Made by a program: the position numbers and the translations under genes. From contig JAYWIR010000034.1 of assembly GCA_036172245.1 (NCBI GenBank), forward strand, positions 186,001 through 250,000: a DNA stretch of 64,000 bases, given 5' to 3'. Numbering within the stretch: the first letter of the stretch is position 1; the number at the start of each line of letters is the position of its first letter. The notes below the pieces were generated by a model. That model did not search any database, was not told where the DNA came from, and worked only from the letters and a program-made list of their open reading frames with translations. Positions 1-12,042 of this stretch are shown here, piece by piece. This stretch comes from Raillietiella orientalis (lineage: Eukaryota).

Positions 1-2060
1 CCTGCTACTGGTCTTCACAGACATGGAGAAGGCAGTTGACATCATGGACTACGGATGCTGAGGAGAATCCAAGAGAAAATGGGCTTCCCACAGTACTTTT
101 CCGAATACGTACGGATGACCCTGAACAGAGCCCATTTTCGGATCAAGATCAATGGGTACAAGATAGCAGAAGTCAGAACAGAAAGGGGAGTCCGTCAAGG
201 AGATATCCTTAGTCCACTGCTGCTTGCCATCTATGTGGAGGCTGTGTCGTCACTGGTCGACAGGGGTCACCGCCTCCAAGGAATCCGGATCGACGACGGC
301 AGACTGACCTACCTGATGTATGAGAGCGGTCTTCTCTTCTTCCTGAAGGGCGAGACGAATCAGCATGCCTTTCTGGACGTAGCGCAGTTCATAGAGTAAG
401 GACTAGGGCTAAAGATCAATGGCCAGAAATCCCAACTGTTGCCTGTCAGAATCCTGAACCCCTCCACACTAACGGAGAAAGGAATCCGAGTGATGGATCG
501 GATCAAGTACCTCGGAATCAGCGTCAGCGACGCGTCAGCGTCACAGACGTGGTGCAAGGAAATCCTGGAGAAGACCAGAGAGGAAGTAGCAACGTACAGC
601 CGGGTTGACTTCAACATGAAGCAAAGGACCAATTTTTGGAATGGCGTTCTCCTTCCCAAGGTGCTCTACGGAACGGTCTTCTGCCGAATAGATAAGACTC
701 GGATAGAAGTGGAAAAAAGAAAATTACCTTCAAGAATTTAAATCGCAGGTGAGGCTAAAGCTTTAATGCCTCCCGAGAGAAGGAGGGACCCAGATGAAGC
801 CACTGGAACATTTCGTGGAAACCATGGACCCGGGCAACTCCTGGAGCTTACCAATGATTATGACAAGAGGTCATTTGTGCACACCGAGCCTACTCGAAGC
901 TATTGATTAACTGGAGTGGCTTGATGACAGCCGTTGAAGGTCAAACAGGAGAATAGGTGAACAGAGATCCCACCTGAAAACAAAAACAGCACTGGTGAGA
1001 GTTCACCAATTCAAAATAATGCATAGGAGTAAAGAACTGCATGAGGAAGAACTGATCTTGGTGACTTCTTGCTTACTCCCGTTCCCCGGGGGACGGCTCA
1101 ATAGATAAACTAGTGGACCAGACTGAAAACTAGAGATTGCAAACAGTTCGCTACCAATGGCAACCAACATCAAATGAGAGTGTTCCAATACAACGGAAAA
1201 GTAAGTGGATAATTTACGCACAGAACACAAAATGTGGAAAAACCAAAAACAACTACGCGTGGTCGAAAACAATGCAGAAGGACTTTCGAAAACTCCCGCA
1301 AAAGACTGGAACCACGACGCTCTTTCCAAGGCTTCCAAGCCTTGGAAAAGGGATCCTCAACGTGCACCTGCGCGCGGTTGGAGGGACAGTCTGGAGGAGC
1401 GACCTACCACAGGACACTCAGGATGACCTCCTCACGTTTTATCACGTACGAACTCTGAGTGGTTCCACGATCAAATACTGGATGGGCAACATCTAGGATA
1501 AGTTCTGCACGGTATGTGGAGTCCCGGGGAGCGCGGCTCCACGTGCTCACCTGCCCAATGCTGCGCCAGGACGGGACAGCGCTGAAGACGGTGGCAGACC
1601 TGTAGACGAGTTCAAGGATGTCACTGGTGACATTATTGTTTGAAAAGCGTGGCAACGTTCTCCGTTACATTCCCATTGGACGTGCAGCGATTTCCCTCTT
1701 CATCACAAGCATTGTGATGAGAAGGGCCAAGCTACGGAAAATAAGAACAACGTCGGCCACATAAATTTTCAAAGGACATATTCAGAAGGAGATTGGCATT
1801 AGGAACTGTGGCCGAATCCCAGCCTGGATGTATTCCTACATAGACTGAAGACATCTCAGGGTGAACGGAATGTCCCCCAACCCACTAGTGACCAGAATCC
1901 GCTGACCCCATGATCTACACCCGGACTAGACTTGGAACAGTGACACTCAGTGCAATGGAAAGCTAAGTTTGCATGACATAGACGGCAGTGCCTATTGTAA
2001 CTGAGTAACTGCTGTTGTGAGTAACTGCTGTTGCTATATATGCCAGTTGCTTCCAATAAA
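1..2060 (+). mobile_element. Decayed L1/Tx1-clade LINE, 3' half of ORF2 (RT to C-terminal zinc knuckle) plus 3' UTR; cut by window start
   Basis: Frame gives DMEKAVD...RGVRQGDILSPLLLAIYVE (RT motifs). The YADD position reads YESG; in-frame stop at 397-399, then GLKINGQKS...IKYLGI. Frameshifted C-terminal CTVCG...HVLTCP near 1505-1557. AATAAA at 2055-2060 taken as the likely 3' end. Confidence 0.85.
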
Positions 2061-4280
2061 TTCACCCTATGGCTTGTCGGTCCTGGAAACAACCGTGAAA
2101 TCTCCCTCCACAAATTGGCAGCATAACCACTCATGAGTTGTTGCTCGAAAACTCCAAATACTTATAATCTTAGCAATGATTAGTAGACTCTTATCATATG
2201 GATCTGTGGATATGTCACTCATCATGAATATCAAAGATAATAATTTACGATTTATACGTATTCTAAAACTAATTATTAGGATCTTCAAACTTGGGAATAA
2301 TTTAAGACATTTGGAAACAGATTAATGGGATTCCAGAGATCAACAGACTCCGCTCAGAAAGAACCCATTAATCTCTGCAAGGAGTGATGGTCTGGAAGAG
2401 GTGTGATCTCAACAAGAGATGTACGAAAGCCATGCTCACAGGATGCCTTGCGAGCCCCTGCTGAGAAAACCAACGAACTCATGGAATACTTTTTTAGACA
2501 TCATCAGAGAGTATACCACAAATTTACATAAAAACACTCATGTGTCTGTTCATATTAACAGTTTAGAATATAAGTGATTTCACTATCATTTGGTAGTGGT
2601 AAATAATTCTGAAACAAAGAGTGAGATACAGTCCCAAAATACTAAAGTATTGAAATTAAAACATTCTGAAATGTGAAATGAAATCAAATAGATTCATACT
2701 AGAGGAAGACCTAAGCATTGGAAGAATTTGTGAATACATTTGAGCGAACTCAAATTCAATTTTTTTTTTTTTTTTTGTTTCAAAATCTGCTTTGAGATTC
2801 AACGTCGTTCACCATTACCTGAAAAATTATTTTTTTTTTCCAGAATTTTTAAGGAAAATAGATGATGAATCCTCTTTGATTATGGACAAGTTGTAAAATA
2901 GCACAGTGTCAAAAGAAATAAGACGTAACACAATAGCATTCAGAAAGAACTTTGAATAGAATTATAACAACTCAATCAATCCCTTTTTGAGGAAGTATTT
3001 ATATATATTTAAAGTATTTATAATATTTAAGGAAGGTAATATATAAAGTGAGAAGATGTAATGGAAGAGGAGATTCTGTAAAGGAATGGAAATAAGTTAT
3101 ATCACAATGTAATTTTAATTCACTACTAAGTTTCTGGACAATTAAATCATCTGTTGTAAACTTAGGGAATTTCCAAACAGAAGTATTCCTTCCAGAAGTA
3201 CCAGGTCATTTTTGCAAGGCGCATGTCCACTGTAAGGTATTTATTTATGATGACCAATAGGAGTATAAATAACTCTTTGCACACTTTAACCTCTGTGGCA
3301 GGTTTTCGATATCAGTGGTAGTTTTGTTTCATCCATCCATTTTTGTATATGATCTCTCAAATAGGAGCTTGTTTTAAATTACTTGAATCTTGTAGTGAAT
3401 TCTCTATTATTCGTTCAGTACATCAGGGCGAAGGAATTTTAGGATTATCTGGAAATTCCGTACATACATTTCCGAAGTTTTTGTTTCGACCAGCTTGCAG
3501 ATGACTGAAACAAAATCCGCAGGATGTTCGTTTCTAATTAAATTTCTCTGTACCTTTTTGTTTAGAAATTATTCAAGAGTCTTTAATTTATTTTAGTTAA
3601 TCGACTTGCTTCATATTTTATGTTTAATAGGTATCCATTATATTACAAATTCATAGGGTTTTCGAAAAATTCTGGCGTATTCGCCCCTTCGTACCACAAG
3701 CAACATATGAAGCTTCTGAAAGTAATTGGATCTTAGTTCTGGGATAATCCTATCTTTTCAAAATGGAGAGATCTTGCTTCAGGAGGATGCTTCTTGTAAA
3801 AGGAATCGAAGTTAATCCTTTTGAATCGATACGATTTACACATATTCGACAATTTCATCGACAAATTTTTTTTTCTGAGTGAGTCATTGCAGCCTTTGCG
3901 AAGTATCCATTCCTATATCTATCTTAAGTAACAAAACACTTCTTTTTCTAAAAGAAAAAAAATAATCTAGAAAGACATACCTGGTTCTACGACAAGATAA
4001 AGAAATATATATATATATATATGTGATCATCGTTATCTTAGCTTATTGAATCAAACTTTTAATTTCGATATGTTCACACTCCCTCAATCCAGTTTTTCGT
4101 GTGCTGGAAAGGCTGCAACGACAGTCAATCACCAAATGAGAAATTCAGATTTGTAAATCCATTCTGTTCCTTGTATTACTTCACATTCTTTACTGAACGG
4201 CTCGCCAGAACTAAAAGGAATTCATTTTTATTCGATAATGTCTAATAAGAAGAGCGTACAGAAACGATGTACTCAGTGAC

Positions 4281-5253
4281 GCCCGCGTCGGAGGCCTTGT
4301 GGTTAAGGCTTCCGCGTGTGGCACCATGCGTGGCGGGTTCGAATACTTCGGCAGATAACTGACGCCACTCCGTCGTTTGGGTTCCGAGTTTCTCCTGCAA
4401 GATGGCGCTGGTTGACCGAGACATTCGGGCGTGGCACCGGCGGTGGATAAAGCCGGCGGCCTCCCGATGAAGGCCGGAACAATGGGAGTCGACCTTAGGA
4501 TCCTCCCAGGAATAAAGGAGTGGGGAGTTCCCCCTCCGGTCGTGCAACGGAGAGCGGACCCCCGTCACCGGGGGACCGCCTCCGGTTTCAAGATGGAGCA
4601 GGAGCCCTCACGGGCACCTCTCCAGTTGTTCAAAGGGGCTGCCCCCCCTGTTGGGGGGTCCCTCCGAGTCGTCGCCTCTCCAGAAGAGTGCAAGGAAGCA
4701 AGCGAGAGCGATCCCCCTGCGGGAAGCTGCAGCGCCCCTTCTGAGTTTCGGAAGCATCCCTTCGGGGGTTGTCTTCAGAGGAGTGAATAAAGGAGCGGTT
4801 CCCTTGCGGGTTCCCTCCGGAGAAGAAATTCCTACAAGCGGATCCTTTCCGGGTTCCCTTCGGAGAAGTTGAAATGGAGAGGACACCACCCCATTAGGGG
4901 GGGGGTGTCCTCCGAAGAGAATGAGGAAGGAAATTCCCTTCGGGGTTTCCCCCTTCGGAGACAACCAGGGTTGGAGGTGCGATCCCCCCCGTCCGGAGGG
5001 ATCCCTCCCCAAGCGTGAGAGGAACGGACTCCGAGCCCTTCCTGGATTCATAGGGCGGACCCCCATCCCGGGATGCCCCCTATCCTGAAGAATTACACTG
5101 AAGAATTACACGCCCCCCTGCGGGTTGCCGTGGGTGGAGGGGCGTGGAAACAAAGAACCCAAGGATTTCCATCGTCCTAGGCTAATAGTAACGATCTCCT
5201 CGTGGGGTCGCTACTGGCCTTTTAAAAATTTTTCAATAAAAAAAAAAAAATAA
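4281..5253 (+). mobile_element. SINE-like element copy A (tRNA-like head, hairpin-array body, poly(A) tail), apparently full length
   Basis: Head has A-box-like AGGCCTTGTGGTTAAGGC and B-box GGTTCGAAT. Homologous to 61585-62509 from first base to tail. Ends in GGTCGCTACTGGCC-TTTT then an A-run. Direct repeat AGTGACGC at 4275-4282 and 5254-5261 resembles a target-site duplication. Confidence 0.75.
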
Positions 5254-6189
5254 AGTGACGCGAGGGCAAGAAATTCAGCTTCATGGGAATCCAGTTTATT
5301 ATTTCTGGACACCTTTAAATACTCGCTCTAACTGAAGAAGATTCCTTTCTCTCTCTCCCTGGGATGCCCATGTTTTCCAAGGATTTCTCTAGGACCAAAG
5401 TCAGCAGTCTTCCTTCCTATACAGACGGACTGGAGTGCGGTTTCCGGCTCAAGTGACCCACAAACACCCTTCTTCCAGGAAGAAATCTGCTTGACTATCA
5501 TAGCACTTTTTTAGACAGATTTATCACTTTTGTTACTTTTGCTGATGATGACTCGTCAGATGATCAATCTTCATTGACACTTTCCACAGTCAAAGCTTTT
5601 CCACGGTCTGAGGTCTGAATTTTCACCAACTTTATGCCCAGGTTCAGATCTTTCAGAGCATGATGCGCTTCCTCAGTGAAGGGATAACTTTTTCTGCTAG
5701 CCGTCCCGCTCAGATAGGATTAAGTTTACGAAATTCAGTCTCAGAATCCATTCTACTCATCAAGAATTCTGAGAAAATTGGATTCGGTGGTGTCTTCGTG
5801 TTCTTAAACAATCTCTAGAAAATTCGAAACTCGATCACATAGGACCTCTTAGGATATTCAACTATGTGAATGTCCTACGAGGTTTTCTGCGCAGAAGGCT
5901 TTTCAACATTTCCTCTGGAATCCATAGTTTCTTCAAAGGAGAAGATTCTGGAAACAAGCAATTATCGGAAGATCCAGCTGCTCTTGGCACATGAAAACCT
6001 TCGTATAATCCCAAACGGTGGTACCCTGAAAAATCTTCATTTTGCCCTGGCATCCTGGCAACTTAGGGTTCTCAGCCTCAACGTAGTCGTAATCTTGGAA
6101 ATGGGCATTCACTGAATCTATGTCCCACGGAAACCACAGTGGATGAAGACAACTGTCTCTAGCTTACTTCTGTACCACTGAGAATTTTC

Positions 6190-6236
6190 AACTCGATACA
6201 GCTCACTGCTTATAAGGCAGTGAGCTGTATCGAGTT
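6190..6236. repeat. Perfect inverted repeat, 20-bp arms, 7-nt spacer
   Basis: AACTCGATACAGCTCACTGC-ttataag-GCAGTGAGCTGTATCGAGTT read directly from the sequence. Confidence 0.95.
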
Positions 6237-8799
6237 AATTATATTAATAATTGTGCTTACAAGGCATAATTATGTATCATTTGTAGCCGAGTATTTCCGA
6301 TTCTCAATCAAACGTTTCATCGTTATGAGATGCTTACTCAACACGTCTGGTCAGAGGACCCTTCCAACAAGACACTGTTGTGATCAGAACTGTCCAGGAC
6401 CGGATTTTGATTATTGCTGATATCATTTTCGGATCACAAAACCAGAATCTACATTCAGAAATTGAGAGTGAATTAAAAGTTCAGAAAATGCAGCACAATT
6501 ATTACATATTTCATGAAAGTGAATTCAATTATATAGGCAGCATTAGATTCATTCATATTTTCAAGGAATTACTGGATGGTTGGTGGCGGAAATAGTCAAC
6601 TGATGACAGTTGAGTATGTTTGCCAACTGATCAATACATCATTACTTGATAGACATGCCTACAGTGTTGCTGTTTAACATTAAATGATTCAAAAATACTA
6701 TTGGTAGACAAAAGAGTAGCTGAATGAGAAACAGCGGTGTAATCATTATATAATCTCATCAGAAATATTGCTAGTTACAAAATCTCTGCATAGAATCCAC
6801 ACAAAAAATCTAAAATCTTGAAATTGTGATAAGCAACTGCATCGAGTTTGGCTCAACATGTTTAAAACTTGTGTGGTAGACAGATATCGCATTCATCTGT
6901 GCTCGGTTAAGCCGAACTTCAAGTTCCACTTGAACTCGAGAGCTAGAACACGGTGACTTTCATAACCTATACACAATTCTATTCTCTAACTAGGAATAGG
7001 TGCTGATTGGAAATCTTTTTGTGAAGAACCCGTCAATTGCGTTCAGGCTTAACACAGTTGGCATACCTGAGATCCACGCCTGTGACCACCACGTACTGCG
7101 AGATTCTGGATAAGTTAGCTTACTGAAAGCTCCAGTCTCCAACCATTACAATTACCTAAAAACACCCCCAAATTTATGAAACTATTGTAAGGAAAATGTT
7201 CCTGAAACTGTATGGCTTCCTCGAAATGAGAAATGATTTTTTGTTTTTTCAGGGGTACCAAAGGTTGCAGGACGAAAATTGCAAATCGTAAACAAGTCCA
7301 ATAGCAAAAAGGTATATACATAGCAATAAACGTACCTAACATTTGTGAAAAGTTGTATAATTCGAGTGTTTGCTTCAGTTTAGGCTTGGTTTTACATTCG
7401 TGACAGATTTATCCTGCGTTATAACAAGTTGAAGTAATAACAAGGTCAAGATTGATCTAAAAGAATGAAATAAAAACTTGAATTGTAACTGCTGTAATCT
7501 CATATTATTTTCCAAGCGACGTCATCCCTGGTATTTTCTGTGGAGTTTAGATCCACAATTATTAATAGCTGATGCTCTGCGAGATGCGAAAGGTAGGATT
7601 CTTTCGTTTATTGATGTCCTTAAGGATCGTTTCTCGAAATGTCTGTGCATAAATACAAAGCTATGCGAGTGTTTTGCAGTGATTTTATACCAGAAAGATT
7701 TGTTTCCACGTTTGGCACGTTCAAAACGCATGCAGGTTTAAAATGCAAACTCTTGTGTGAAGAAAAAAAAAAAAAAAAACACTCATAGTTGGTTTCCGAA
7801 ACATTTTTCTGACAGAGAATCTTAATCCACAGTTCTAATCATTAACGTATTGTCCAGGAAATTCTTCAAAAAACTGCAACTGAAGCAAACATATTATGGT
7901 GCGATAGTCATGGAAAATCTACGCACTGACGAAGACATCCATCTCTGTGTAAGTGAGAAAGAAAAAAAGAGAATATGAGGTCACTTTGTGACCATGAAAC
8001 GACTCATTATTTGGCTTTCAGTGCTTTCGATACATGATATATACAATTTAGTATTTGCTATGAATGCCATTTATGAATACAAGATAATCTCATATTTTCT
8101 GTGTACCATTAGTCTCTGGAGCCATATTAGTATTCAAGTAGACAAACATATAAAGAATACAATTGATAATTAGCATTTAGATCGTTTTCTTCTTCCGATT
8201 ATCTCATGTAAGCATTTTTAAGAGTAACTTTAAGCACATAGTTCCAAATGCTGAGGAAAATGTTATACTTCGCCACATTTTGATTATAAATGCAATGTAA
8301 GTTATGAAGTCAATTTGTACATTACCGCAGTGAACTGCAGTGGAGTGATCCCATGGAATCAAGAGACCAGTGGTCATGTCTGTGCTTTAAATGCTGCTCT
8401 GGAAATATTACTTACATTAGAATAATATGTCCAAAAGGTGAAATATACGCACTTTGTTTGAACTCTTGTTTCTGACATCACTCCAAAATACCCAAAACAT
8501 TTTACACAGTAAGCCAAGGATACATAAAAAATGATTAGAAGTAATGCTGCAACTTATTTTTAATCTGCCATTCAGTTTCCTACAAGAACAGCGATGAGAA
8601 AAATTGGTATAATTTGTTGAAATGTCTTCAGGTGAACACGCATGGACATCTTGCTCTTGCAATGCCATATCGGCTCTTCTGGGTCACACCGTATGAACCA
8701 AAAACAATTGCATGATTGCTCTAATCTACGTGAACAAAAAATTGGAGTTTTTTATTAGATACCTGCATCCTCATCAAAATACATTTTTAAGCAGCTGCA

Positions 8800-9110
8800 A
8801 TGCGGCGAATCGTTTATCTTTTAGCCGGATTTGCCAAACTGTGTGAACTTTGTGGTTTTCGGTTGTTTTCGAACAAGCTTAATCTTACATGTTTAATTGA
8901 CATGAAGGAAGACCAGCACACTTGCAGATAAGGAAGTGGACCTGTGACCGATGCAGTCTATTACATTTCTGGAGAGAACCAAATTTTTTTGTTTGGGTTG
9001 CCACTTTGGAAACTGGAAACACGCTGGATAGACACAAGGCCCTCAAAGACGTGAATGAAAGCCATGCGGAAAATCTAGACGAAGAGCAGCATAGCATTTA
9101 CAGGATGAAA
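8800..9110 (+). mobile_element. Possible highly decayed Tc1/mariner transposase C-terminal fragment
   Basis: Translations 'PDLPNCVNFVVFG' and 'NFFVWVATLE...ENLDEE' loosely resemble the SPDLNPLDFFVWGxLE motif and the helix after it. Weak. Confidence 0.25.
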
Positions 9111-12000
9111 ATCTGTATCTCTCAATAGAGTTGGAATTCTGAATGGTATTTGTTCGATTTCCCACAATGTCAAAAAAATTTTTCTTGGACATTTATTGCT
9201 CAGCGTCCGTTCAGGCTTTTTCTTGTGGGAAGAATGGAAATGAAAAAAACGTTTTCGAAGATATACCCATTCTTAAAAAACTATGTTTGTATGCTGGATG
9301 GTTATTTTCCTCTGTAAAATTAAGATTTAAATTCTTCTAAAAGTGGTTCAAAGACTTGTTTCCATTCCAAAGTGATTTCAGAATGGTAGGAAATAATTGT
9401 TTGAATCAAAATGGCTATCTTTTCAGTTTACAATATCTTAATTTCTTGTCGCAAATTACCAACCAGTTACAAATGTCAATATAACCAGCCACGTTAGCCT
9501 TCTTGATAAAGTGGATCCATAATTCTATATATTCATGATCATTAAGCAAACTCATTTTTATATATATATACATATGCATTTCTAAAGTCATCCCGTTTTT
9601 TCTTTTTTCAAATTAAGTATTAATTATGTGACTCATATTCACTAGTTAATTTTACCGCGATCTCTTAGAGTTATCGCATATTTGCTGATGTGTATTTGAT
9701 CTCAGTTTCTGGAGATCTAATCCGGTTTAAGGAAGGAGCCATAAATAAAAGATTTGAACCATTTTTTCTTCAGAAAAATCAGAACGCCAATCGACTTATT
9801 CGAGAGAAAAGACTGCAAAGATTGAAAACCCTTCTGATTTATGCATACTTCAATGTAAAACTCTAGGAAAAGCAAGGAGAATATCAGTGGCAATAATCAG
9901 TAGTCTAACAGAAGCCACCATCAATAATTCAACTTTGATCATTAAAAAGCGATAGCTTTGATTACTATATCTTAATTAGAAAACGAACCTATTAAGCCTT
10001 CATCAGTAGGCAGTTATGAAAAAATGCTTTATTTGCAGCCTATGCAATCCACAAGCACGGATCGTAACAGTTTTCAAAAGGTAACATCGGTGAAACCGCG
10101 TCTTTTCTGCATAAAAAAAAAAAAAACCGGGATTTTTGCATTGCTTTACATAGGAAGCCACGGAAAAGAAAGTCTTCTTTCATGAAATGATGGAAAAAGA
10201 AAAGCTGTGCAAAACCCATGAAGTCAGTTATTCGATCAGTGAGAAGAAAAATGCTTCAATCCAACCGCAAATTAACAGGGGTATTTCTGCCAAGGTAGGT
10301 TATTGACAAATAGAAGGTAATTTTGTAGATAGAGTCTTCAGACAGATCTGCTAATCAAAAAGAGGGTAACGAGCTCGATTTTCTTTCTGACTCAAGTAAG
10401 GCATACAAGCAGCCCGAAAAAGACAAGAAAATGGAACCGAAAAGGATTTTCGATGAAGATCATGCATTCATGTTGTAATGAAGGAAACAGTTGTAAGTGC
10501 TCGCCTACTATCAAGAAATGCACCCTATTTCTGTGAAAGTTTTCAGAACTACATGCACCGATCCCTAGCTCAGAACAGAGGTCTGATCGCCATAGTTACA
10601 AGCTGACAACTGGATTCGTCCAACTTAGAGAATACTTGCTCTTGCTTATCCTGGGGCAAGCAGTACAGACATGCAGAGAGCTTGCACCCATATCGAGCTG
10701 ACCATAAGAACCCACAAGCTCCAACTAAGGCAGTCCTCTCAATGAACGGCAATTTAGAATATTCTAATACGGTGAATTCTTGTTCAAACAAAAGGCTAAT
10801 CTTTGGTCCAGACAGCTGATCTTATTTGGAAACAAAACCGTAGCAATAAACCAGAAACAGAATTATTTGACTCCAATAAATGAAGTCCAGTTAGGATGTG
10901 ATCCAAAGGTAAATAATTGCTCATCAAAGTGATCATACGGGAGCAAGTAAAAAAGATGAAGCCAGAATACTTTCCACGGAGACGAAACTCAAGAGGTATT
11001 TTATGAACATTCAGAGTGCCTCTAAGAGAAGCAAACTTCGAAAATGTTTTGTGCCTACGAGATGTTGAAGAGAAGCAAAGCAGATTTATCATTTGGAAGA
11101 AACCATTACACTCAATGAACACAAGGAAAATGTTCCACTAACTTTGCTTCAGTGAGTGCATTAGATGAGTCGAGAAAATAAGTATGAAGGTTTTGTGATT
11201 TTCATGCTTTCTTTTGGTAAGCCCGTTTTCGTGCGTAGATTTCATGGTTTTCTGGCAATAGCATAGGTATCAACTGTTGTGCAATGATCATGAAGAAGCG
11301 AAAGCTCAAGTTCTGAGAAAAAATAGATTCTGTCGTCTGGCTGAAGACACAAATATTCATCAAACAGTTATCCACGAAGAGTTCATATATACAGCCGCAT
11401 TGCTGATCCTAATCTGTAGGAGTTCGTACAGAATGCCATCTCAGAGTGCAAAAAGTAGGAAAGAAAGAAGGGAACTGTAATGCAGCTGACCACCTAACAT
11501 CGAAATACATGGAAGACATGAAAAAATATGTACTTGGAAGATACATGCTAATGGAAGGTGTGGGCTGCACAACAGTGAGAAAGCAGAGAGCAGCAAGGCG
11601 AGTCGCAAACGGTCAGCGTTGTCTTCAATGTTGATGACTTGCTAGGAAGGTTTCAGCCTAGGTAAAAGTTAGCAACTGCACTTTTACGATTCTTGCCCAT
11701 AAGAAAGGGAAGATGACTGATGGGCATGTTCCCGTGTTTGCCATCTGATGCTTTGCCTGTAAAAACATTTATCATTATTTTTTTCTTCTTCTCATTTGTG
11801 AATACGGTTTCGGGAGTATGCGGATTGAGAGGGTGAAAATGAAAGCATGGAGGGTGCTTTGATTAAACAGTTATAAAAAGTTTCATTGAAATTAGATATA
11901 CTTATTGAAAGTTTGATTCAGAGGTTCGTACAAATTCTTGGGAAGAAACGCTCAACCAGGTATCTGTTTCATGACTTTCCCATGGAATGGATCTGCAAAT

Positions 12001-12042
12001 GATTCTACATAACTGCCCACAGGTGGGCAGTTATGTAGAATC
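12001..12042. repeat. Perfect inverted repeat, 20-bp arms, 2-nt spacer
   Basis: GATTCTACATAACTGCCCAC-ag-GTGGGCAGTTATGTAGAATC. Confidence 0.95.

Noticed and set aside
3200..3330. Minus-strand YRKP...IPYS resembling the Penelope-like RT C-terminus
   Set aside because: Too short and degenerate to support without an alignment.
4281..4360. tRNA gene
   Set aside because: A- and B-box-like motifs are present but there is no convincing acceptor stem or cloverleaf; it is the head of a dispersed repeat.
4517..5081. CRISPR-like appearance of the hairpin array
   Set aside because: Units are degenerate, linkers are short and not unique spacers, no cas genes are present, and the context is a eukaryotic retroposon.
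5086..5155. Hammerhead ribozyme-like CTGAAGA...GAAA in SINE copy A
   Set aside because: Stem II does not start directly after CUGANGA, stems I and III are not evident, and the GAAA is not conserved in copy D.
10200..11480. Possible Academ-like (XPG-domain) transposon remnant, 'HEEAKAQ...EDTNI'
   Set aside because: Only one loose motif; no TIRs or continuous frame identified.
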